A stretch of DNA of 64,000 nucleotides from a virus. Below the pieces are notes generated by a model that worked only from the letters and a program-made list of their open reading frames with translations, was not told the DNA's origin and made no database searches. The position numbers were made by a program, and so were the translations under genes. The stretch is taken from positions 25,923 to 89,922 of the IMG/VR virus record IMGVR_UViG_3300018080_000148. One strand, 5' to 3'. Shown here one piece after another: positions 57,153-64,000 of the stretch (its first letter is position 1; every line of letters begins with the position of its first letter).

Positions 57153-57494
57153 TCAAGGGTTGGTCGGGGCGAAACCATGGTTCCGCTGGATCAACTGCTG
57201 CATGTGGCCCAGCATGACGGTGGTGAAGTAGTTGAACATCTTCCCCTTTTTGATCTTGTCGGGGTCGAGCTTTCGCATCTTTAACCACGCCAGTTCGATA
57301 CACTCGCCGATCACCGTATCTCGCCAAACTGAATTGCATTCCGGCCAGCAGTTTTGTACGAGCAGGGTCGCCATTAACTCAAATGCATACTCCAGATCCG
57401 GATCGGGTGGAAAAACGTACATTCCTTCTTCAACCAGATCCTCGAAACGATGCATTGCTTCATTTCGAGCATAATCAATCCAAAAGTTCTTCAT
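57153..57494 (-). CDS. truncated gp55/sigma-region-2-like protein
   Basis: LDPDKIKKGKMFNYFTT resembles the phage late-sigma FDP..K..AFNYFT motif. Confidence 0.5.
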   Translation of the reverse strand: MKNFWIDYARNEAMHRFEDLVEEGMYVFPPDPDLEYAFELMATLLVQNCWPECNSVWRDTVIGECIELAWLKMRKLDPDKIKKGKMFNYFTTVMLGHMQQLIQRNHGFAPTNP

Positions 57495-57768
57495 GTGCCT
57501 TCCTCAGCCAGAAGTTTGAGCGATCTACCTTGAAGCAAGTGGCGTCTTCCGGGGCATGCTCCGAGCAAAAATACTCGAAGTGTGGATTACGTCTGGAATA
57601 CGTTGCAGGTTCACCGCACTCTTGGCAATTAGCCATCAGGCGATGACTTTCTAGCAAGATGGCGGTGTGGCTGCGGACGTATTCGTCTCGGGTATCTTGC
57701 AGGACGGGAATTCCCCAGAGCTTTTCCAGTTTTTTCGCTTCTTCTAGCAACCGTTTGTTAAAGGTCAT
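57475..57768 (-). CDS. capsid N-terminus-like peptide fused to a Zn finger
   Basis: LLEEAKKLEKLW...DEYVRSHTAILLESHRLM followed by CQEC...FCSEH. Confidence 0.55.
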   Translation of the reverse strand: MTFNKRLLEEAKKLEKLWGIPVLQDTRDEYVRSHTAILLESHRLMANCQECGEPATYSRRNPHFEYFCSEHAPEDATCFKVDRSNFWLRKAHEELLD

Positions 57769-57800
57769 GCTCTATTGTAGTGGTTTATTTTCAAAATTCA

Positions 57801-58406
57801 TCAAAGTCCCAACACGATTTTGGCAACCACCTGCTTGTCTGGGCTGTCGTGGTAGAGGTATTTGTACTGGAAGCGGGTTTCTTCCAAGAATTCCAGCCAC
57901 GCCTTCATTTCATGCCTTGCATAGTGGGGGTAGTTTATCAATTCGTCGAACAGCAGGATCGTGCTTTTGCGAATGAAGGGGCGGATGTGCTTCAACACTG
58001 TTTTGGTCGATGAATAGAGATCGCAGTCAATGTGGCAGAGGGCTATCGAAGACGGGTAGCTCTGAAAGAATTCCGGCAGGGTGTCTTCATACCAGCCTTT
58101 GATGAATTTCACGTTGTCGGGAGCGTGGGGCACTTTGCCTTTGGCACTGAAGGAGCCTTTATCAAATGTTCGCTTTGCGCCCCGCCAAGCTTCTGGCAGT
58201 CCCTCGAATGAATCGAATCCGTAGATCGTTCTCTCGGGAAGAGCATTAGCCAGCAGATTGATGGACCTGCCTTCCCACACACCGAACTCAAACACGTCGC
58301 CCGGCCTCTCTAGTGCCTTAATTGCGTTTTGCCTGAGCGATGGCCTGTGTGGGCACCTACGTGCTTCTCGGAGTATCCTCAGTCTCTCTTGACGTGGGTT
58401 GTTCAT
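57801..58406 (-). CDS. TylF/MycF/NovP O-methyltransferase
   Basis: EFGVWEGRS, GFDSFEGLP, KGWYEDTL, HIDCDLYSS. Confidence 0.9.
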   Translation of the reverse strand: MNNPRQERLRILREARRCPHRPSLRQNAIKALERPGDVFEFGVWEGRSINLLANALPERTIYGFDSFEGLPEAWRGAKRTFDKGSFSAKGKVPHAPDNVKFIKGWYEDTLPEFFQSYPSSIALCHIDCDLYSSTKTVLKHIRPFIRKSTILLFDELINYPHYARHEMKAWLEFLEETRFQYKYLYHDSPDKQVVAKIVLGL

Positions 58407-59278
58407 CAAAATCCTAGCACCCTTTTTGTCCATTCTTCGCCCAGATAGTCCCTCGTGGATTGGCGAAGCCCTTCGGCATCCGAGCTTGTCTTCCATTTTT
58501 CCATGTATTCATCTTGCCATTTGTGGGTCAGGTTCGGATGTTTGCGTGCTTCTTTATAGAGCTTGGCGGACCTTTCGAGTTGCCAGCCCAACATGTTCTT
58601 GAATTGCTCGTCTTCCGGCTTGACGGTCATGGCCAGTGTTAATGCATACACGTCGAATTCTCGCATGAAGAGAACTGTGTCCCACCGTTGTTGGGTCCAA
58701 CCTTGGCTCTCGGTCATGTCGATGGCACATGCAGTCCCACCGGCGTAGGCGATCCACTCGTCGAAGATGTAAATGGGTTCCGAGTTGAAGTATTGTTGTT
58801 GTTGACGCAGGTAGAGGTTGTACGTTCTGCCTCGCAGTGATTTGGGGACGTTGTTAGCGACGGTGTTCAACGTGGTGTTGAGATCTTCCACCCACACCAT
58901 TTTGTCATCCATGCAGTAGATGCCGTATTTGTTGGACTCTCTTTTGCAAATGCCGTGTAATGTTTCGTGGACTTCCGTGCATGGTCCGTTGCCGCTGTAA
59001 CTTTCGCTGCCGCTGGCGTGATTCATGACATCGATCCAGATGTCGCATTTTCCGCTCGTTCGATTCCCCTTGGGTGGGTAGTTCGTCCATTTTGGTTCGT
59101 ACCTTTTTACTTCTGGCTCTGGTTCTGGCTGTGGTTCTTCCGGCTTCGGCTTTTCCGGTTCTACTATTTCGTTGTTGATGTTGCTCTCCCCCGGTGGTTT
59201 TTCTCGAAATCCTCGCAAGGCAATCCCAGCGATAAAGAAAAAGTTCACCACAACCACGATTACCAATAATTTTTTCAT
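58406..59278 (-). CDS. membrane-anchored zincin-like protein
   Basis: N-terminal TM, PE linker, HETLHG...DEW. Confidence 0.7.
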   Translation of the reverse strand: MKKLLVIVVVVNFFFIAGIALRGFREKPPGESNINNEIVEPEKPKPEEPQPEPEPEVKRYEPKWTNYPPKGNRTSGKCDIWIDVMNHASGSESYSGNGPCTEVHETLHGICKRESNKYGIYCMDDKMVWVEDLNTTLNTVANNVPKSLRGRTYNLYLRQQQQYFNSEPIYIFDEWIAYAGGTACAIDMTESQGWTQQRWDTVLFMREFDVYALTLAMTVKPEDEQFKNMLGWQLERSAKLYKEARKHPNLTHKWQDEYMEKWKTSSDAEGLRQSTRDYLGEEWTKRVLGF

Positions 59279-59327
59279 CTCCTCTCCTTCCGCATTTTAC
59301 GTCTCCCCTATGCTATATAATGGTGCT

Positions 59328-59801
59328 ATGAAGACTTTCGATGAGTTCTTGATGTTAATGGAACAAGACCCCCTTGGGGGAATGGGTGGTCCGCCGCCTC
59401 CTCTTGGTGGCCCTCCAGGCATGGGCGGTCCTCCGGGTTTGGGTGGTCCTCCGGGTGGCCCTCCAGGAATGGGTGGTCCTCCAGGTGGCCCTCCGGGAAT
59501 GGGTGGCCCTCCAGGCGGTGCGCCCGGTGGCCAACAACCGCCAATGAAGGTTGAACCTCAATCCGTTTGGGACGTGTTGGAAAAGATTCTTACAGGTAAG
59601 AAAGTTGAAGAGCCGCAAGAGAAGCCACAGCAACCACCTCCTGGTGCGGCTCCTCCAGGAATGGGTGGTCCTCCAGGTGCTCCTCCAGGAATGGGCGCTC
59701 CTCCAGGAATGGGTGGTCCTCCAGGAATGGGTGGTCCTCCTCCGGGTCCACCGCCCGGTGGCGCTCCACCTCAACACTTAATGGGTACACCTGGATTCTA
59801 A
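59328..59801 (+). CDS. Gly/Pro/Met-rich repeat protein, putative head protein
   Basis: MKTFDEFLMLME followed by PPGMGG repeats. Confidence 0.75.
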   Translation: MKTFDEFLMLMEQDPLGGMGGPPPPLGGPPGMGGPPGLGGPPGGPPGMGGPPGGPPGMGGPPGGAPGGQQPPMKVEPQSVWDVLEKILTGKKVEEPQEKPQQPPPGAAPPGMGGPPGAPPGMGAPPGMGGPPGMGGPPPGPPPGGAPPQHLMGTPGF

Positions 59802-59859
59802 AACACATTCCTGCTATACTCCCTTACTCCCATGTAAGCGACCATGTAGGAATGAATGA

Positions 59860-60993
59860 ATGAAATGGCTCATAACTGCTGACATCCATGTTCACCATCA
59901 CAAAAAATCCGCCGAGCGATTACAAGATTGCTTGGATGCACTCAACTGGGTTTTTCAGACCGCTGTAGAGAAGTCGGTAGAGCACATTATCGTGGCGGGC
60001 GATCTGTTTTACGACAGATTCAAGATCGATGTGCCAACTTATCAGAAGACCTTTGAGATTTTCAAGAAGTACACCGACAAGCATGATTTTGGAGTGTGGC
60101 TGTTAATTGGCAACCACGACATGTTCATGCACAAAGAGTGGGACATCTCTTCTATGGTCCCACTGAGCGGCATTCCTTCTGTTACCGTGATTAACAAGCC
60201 TTGTGTCATCCCCATTGGTGGCGTGCCCGCTGCCTTTCTTCCTTACACTTCTGATCCAATTGCTGATTTAGCAAAGATCGAAGATAATTGTTCGCCCGCT
60301 GACATCCTTTTCGGGCACGTGGCGTTGGACAATGCTGTGCTGAATCCCCTGTACAACACCACGTCTGAAGTGCAGGTTGAAAATGACGGTGACATGGTTA
60401 AAGTTGATTCGGGGATTTTTGAAAAATGGAAGCAGGTTTTTCTCGGTCATTATCATGCTGCTCAAACACTTGGCAGTAATGTGGAGTACGTCGGCTCACC
60501 ATTGCAGCTTTCATACGGTGAAGCCTTTCAACCAAAACACGTGATAATTTACCATCCAACTGCCGATATTAAAGAATACGTGGAGAATGATTTTAGCCCC
60601 AAACATTTCATCATTCGGCGCAATGAAGTGGACAAGTATGACGTGGCTGGAAATTTCGTAAAGTTGCTGGTTGATGGAATGGATGAAGTCGGATTGATGA
60701 ATACCAGGAAGGAATTTTTGGAAGAGTTGGGTGCCAAGACATTCGATGTGAAACCTCCCGATAATGGGAGGGGCCAGAAGGATGATGAGGTAATGGTAGA
60801 GAATGCACGAGCGATACTTGATAACGAGTTTGAGATCTTCAAGCGATACATCGAAGAGGTGGAAAAGAAAGATCCCGAATCTCTCGAAGGGCTGGAAAAA
60901 GATCGACTAATGGAGTTATGTCAAAAAGTAATTGACGCAGCACGTAAGCGTGAAGAAGGGAAAGACGAAACTCATGAGGAAATTGAACTTTAA
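59860..60993 (+). CDS. recombination nuclease gp47/SbcD/Mre11
   Basis: TADIH, AGDLF, IGNHD, LGHYH, YVGSP. Confidence 0.92.
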   Translation: MKWLITADIHVHHHKKSAERLQDCLDALNWVFQTAVEKSVEHIIVAGDLFYDRFKIDVPTYQKTFEIFKKYTDKHDFGVWLLIGNHDMFMHKEWDISSMVPLSGIPSVTVINKPCVIPIGGVPAAFLPYTSDPIADLAKIEDNCSPADILFGHVALDNAVLNPLYNTTSEVQVENDGDMVKVDSGIFEKWKQVFLGHYHAAQTLGSNVEYVGSPLQLSYGEAFQPKHVIIYHPTADIKEYVENDFSPKHFIIRRNEVDKYDVAGNFVKLLVDGMDEVGLMNTRKEFLEELGAKTFDVKPPDNGRGQKDDEVMVENARAILDNEFEIFKRYIEEVEKKDPESLEGLEKDRLMELCQKVIDAARKREEGKDETHEEIEL

Positions 60994-62989
60994 GTACCTC
61001 GCCGCCACCAATTTCGTATGTTTCGGGCCGGAAGGTGTCCAGATAGACCTGACCAAGAAGGGCCCGGTTACGCTTGTGCGGGGTGACAACTTGGATGTTG
61101 TGGAAGACGAAGAGCGGGTCGCCAGCAATGGCGTTGGCAAGAGTAGTCTTGCCGACATTCTGGTTTTCACTCTTTTTGGTAAGCCCATCAAGAATCCCAA
61201 GAAACTGAAGCTGGCCGATCTGATTCACAACAAACACAAGAGTAAGGGATTTCGCACCGAGGTGCGATGGGATCAATATCGTGTGGTGCGAACTTTCCGA
61301 AAATCTCAGAAAGTTCGTCTCTATGAGTGGAATGAAAACGCTGATGAGGAGGCAGATCGCTGGAAGGATATTTCTCCTGGTGGCAATACGCCCACACAAG
61401 CGGAAATTGAAAAAGTGCTGGGAATGACTTTCGAGTCATTCGTAAACGTGGTGGTTTTCACGGATAACAATGCAGGGACATTCTTGGAAAGTGATGCCGA
61501 ATCCAAGAGGAAGATCATTGACAACCTTCTAGCCCTTAATCGCTTCGGTTTATTGCGTGATGTGTCTAAGGATTTTCGCAAGAAGGCAAATGCGGAAACC
61601 AAAACGCTCAAAGCGCTTGTGGAGCAGATGACTGATACTTTGGAAACCTACAAAGATCGCATTGGTGGGATTGAAGAGAACCAGAAGAAGTGGCGGGTAG
61701 AAAAGCAGCGTGAACTAACCGCTTTACACAATCAAAAGTCCGCTCTCCAGGATCAACTCAAGGTAAAGAGCGATCAGGGCGCTGCGTTGGCGGCATATGA
61801 AGCGGCCCAAGACGAGACTAAAGAACTGTCGGCCAAAATCCCAGATTTGGAACAGAAAGAGGGCGTGGTTACCAAAGCCACAAGCCAAGTGCAAGTTGCC
61901 GTGGAACAACTCCGAGGGCAGAAAAACAAATTGGCTTTGGAAATTCAGACGCACCGTTCTTCTCGACAGCACGCCCAAGACGCAATTGGAAGAAAACAAA
62001 AAGAAATTGCCAAACTTGAGTCTCAAGAAGAAGGGGCAATTTGTCCAACTTGCTATGGGGAGGTGAAGCAGGAGAACTATATAAAGGTAGTGGATGCTCT
62101 TCGTCGAGAGATACAAGAGCAAGAAGATGTGACAGCCACAGAAGATGCGGCCATTACCGGCCTTGAAATGAAAGTAGCTGAGGTCGATGCTGCGATTAAG
62201 AAACAGAATGGCAATTTGCAAGTGTGCAAGACCAAGGGTTCTGAAATCAGCAAAAGACTGACAGAAATACGAAGGAAGTTAAGCGAGTTGGCAAAGATTA
62301 GGAAACCAGAAGCCAACGTTGATGAGGCGATATTATTGCAGAGGATCGCACAGATCGATGAGCAAACAGTTGCCAAGAAAACCGAAGCAGAAGGTCCGAC
62401 GCCCTATGATGAAATTCTCGCATCTGCGAAAGAAGATGTGGAAAAACAGCGTGCCGCCTGCAAAGTCAAAGAGGGCGAATTGACAGAAGCCGAAAATGAT
62501 TGTCGCTATTACAAGTTTATGGTTCCGGTGTTTGATACGGAGATTCGTAGCTTCATAATAGATGACATTCTCCCCGGCTTGAACAATAAAGTGGCCTACT
62601 GGCTCCAGTTCCTAATCGACGGTAAGATTCAATTAAAGTTCGACAATCAGATGGGCGAACACATTGATAGGAATCCGCCCGATGGAGACCCCTTTGTTTA
62701 CTACGCCATGTCCGGTGGCGAGCGACGACGAATAAATTTGGCCGTCTCTCAAGCGTTCGCTTACATCATGATGTTAAGTGCTGGCTGTTGCCCTTCTATA
62801 GCTTTTCTCGACGAGGTAACCACCAATGTTGACCCAGTAGGGGTTGAGGGAATTTACCAAATGATTCAAGAGCTTGCTCGTGACAAACAAGTGTTCGTTA
62901 CCACTCACGATCAAGGTTTATTGGAAAAGTTGGGCGGTTGTGATCGCCTCGTTTTGCAGAAAAAAGACGGCTTTACTAAGCTCGTCTGA
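60974..62989 (+). CDS. recombination ATPase gp46/SbcC/Rad50
   Basis: NGVGKSS, CPTC hook, MSGGE, FLDEV, TTH. Confidence 0.92.
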   Translation: MRKLNFKYLAATNFVCFGPEGVQIDLTKKGPVTLVRGDNLDVVEDEERVASNGVGKSSLADILVFTLFGKPIKNPKKLKLADLIHNKHKSKGFRTEVRWDQYRVVRTFRKSQKVRLYEWNENADEEADRWKDISPGGNTPTQAEIEKVLGMTFESFVNVVVFTDNNAGTFLESDAESKRKIIDNLLALNRFGLLRDVSKDFRKKANAETKTLKALVEQMTDTLETYKDRIGGIEENQKKWRVEKQRELTALHNQKSALQDQLKVKSDQGAALAAYEAAQDETKELSAKIPDLEQKEGVVTKATSQVQVAVEQLRGQKNKLALEIQTHRSSRQHAQDAIGRKQKEIAKLESQEEGAICPTCYGEVKQENYIKVVDALRREIQEQEDVTATEDAAITGLEMKVAEVDAAIKKQNGNLQVCKTKGSEISKRLTEIRRKLSELAKIRKPEANVDEAILLQRIAQIDEQTVAKKTEAEGPTPYDEILASAKEDVEKQRAACKVKEGELTEAENDCRYYKFMVPVFDTEIRSFIIDDILPGLNNKVAYWLQFLIDGKIQLKFDNQMGEHIDRNPPDGDPFVYYAMSGGERRRINLAVSQAFAYIMMLSAGCCPSIAFLDEVTTNVDPVGVEGIYQMIQELARDKQVFVTTHDQGLLEKLGGCDRLVLQKKDGFTKLV

Positions 62990-63122
62990 TGTGCCAAAAT
63001 GGCGCTCATTCCCTTACTAATGTAACTCGACATTATTATTGTCGAAGGCATAATTTTTTTGAATTCATAAGACTTGATACAAAGCGTATGAGAAAAATCC
63101 ATCATGAGAAAGAGGGAGTGCT

Positions 63123-64000
63123 ATGTCGATAAAGGCTTTGCAAGATTACACGTACTATTCCAAGTACGCACGTTACAATGAGAAAGCGAGAAGGAGAGAA
63201 ACATGGGGAGAAGCGGTAGACCGAGTGATGGATATGCACTTGAAACGCTATCCTCAAATGGCTGATGAAATTGAGTGGATAAGACCGCTGGTGAAAGAAA
63301 AGAGGTTCTTGGGTTCGCAACGTGCCCTTCAGTTTGGCGGCAAGCCGATTGAGAAGATTAACGCAAGAATCTACAACTGCATTTCGTCATATTGTGACAG
63401 GGTACGTTTTTTCCAGGAGTGTTTTTGGCTTCTCCTGTGTGGCTGTGGCACGGGGTTCTCTGTTCAGCGACATCATGTAGATCGCATTCCCGCTTTTCAT
63501 TCACAGGCGGGCAAGGGGTCAACCAAAATCTTTACAATCCCCGATTCGATTGAGGGGTGGGCGGATTCGCTCGGCATTCTTTTGGCCACATATTTCCCAC
63601 ACCCCGATCATCCGGATTGGGAAGGCTACACAGTAGAATTCGATTTCTCTTTAATCCGACCTGCGGGATCAACACTCTCGTCGGGTGTCGGAAAAGCCCC
63701 AGGGCCAGATCCCTTGAAGAAGGCGCTGGACCGTATTCGCAAGTTTCTCGATGAACGACTTGAGATGGGCTTGGAAAGATTGCGGCCAATTGATGCATAC
63801 GATATTTGCATGCACGCTTCCGATGCGGTGTTGTCAGGTGGGGTGCGACGAAGTGCGACCCTGTGCTTGTTTTCCCCCGATGACAAGGAGATGGCAACAT
63901 CCAAAACTGGCAACTGGATGTACGACAATCCTCAGCGAGCCCGCTCAAATAATTCGGCTCTCTTGATTCGCAGCGAAACGTCAAAGGAAGAATTCCTTGA
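63123..64000 (+). CDS. ribonucleotide reductase large subunit (class II/NrdJ-like), 3' partial
   Basis: Manual translation SKYARY..RRETW..SQRALQFGG..IYNC..LLLCGCGTGFSV..SGGVRRSA. Confidence 0.88.
   Translation, partial: MSIKALQDYTYYSKYARYNEKARRRETWGEAVDRVMDMHLKRYPQMADEIEWIRPLVKEKRFLGSQRALQFGGKPIEKINARIYNCISSYCDRVRFFQECFWLLLCGCGTGFSVQRHHVDRIPAFHSQAGKGSTKIFTIPDSIEGWADSLGILLATYFPHPDHPDWEGYTVEFDFSLIRPAGSTLSSGVGKAPGPDPLKKALDRIRKFLDERLEMGLERLRPIDAYDICMHASDAVLSGGVRRSATLCLFSPDDKEMATSKTGNWMYDNPQRARSNNSALLIRSETSKEEFL

Noticed and set aside
59380-59770. Tandem DNA repeats as a CRISPR array or satellite
   Set aside because: They are in-frame PPGMGG coding repeats with no unique spacers.

Overview
64-kb segment of a large lytic T4-like/jumbo phage genome using the standard genetic code. 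A TatA, a site-2 protease and His/Tyr-rich secreted proteins weakly suggest a Planctomycetota host (inference). Core genes: DnaB/gp41 helicase, UvsY-like, family A DNA polymerase, UvsW, gp46/gp47 (SbcCD), a ribonucleotide reductase (partial) and a gp23-like capsid paralogue. Accessory content: a glycan-modification gene set and many small ORFs. The main feature is a minus-strand tRNA array whose assignable anticodons are only Leu, Ser, Tyr, Phe and Cys; several genes carry structured insertions and none encodes CCA. The array is headed by a sigma70 promoter and a complete ribosome-dependent attenuator. Its 33-aa leader peptide samples codons for every Ser, Leu, Cys, Tyr and Phe anticodon in the array, suggesting a sensor that switches on phage tRNAs when the matching host tRNAs are depleted. 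The window also encodes a ~190-nt RNase P RNA lacking the specificity domain, a boxA site, an unknown pseudoknotted RNA and proteins with T4-like capsid-targeting N-termini. All calls come from manual motif reading; no searches were run.
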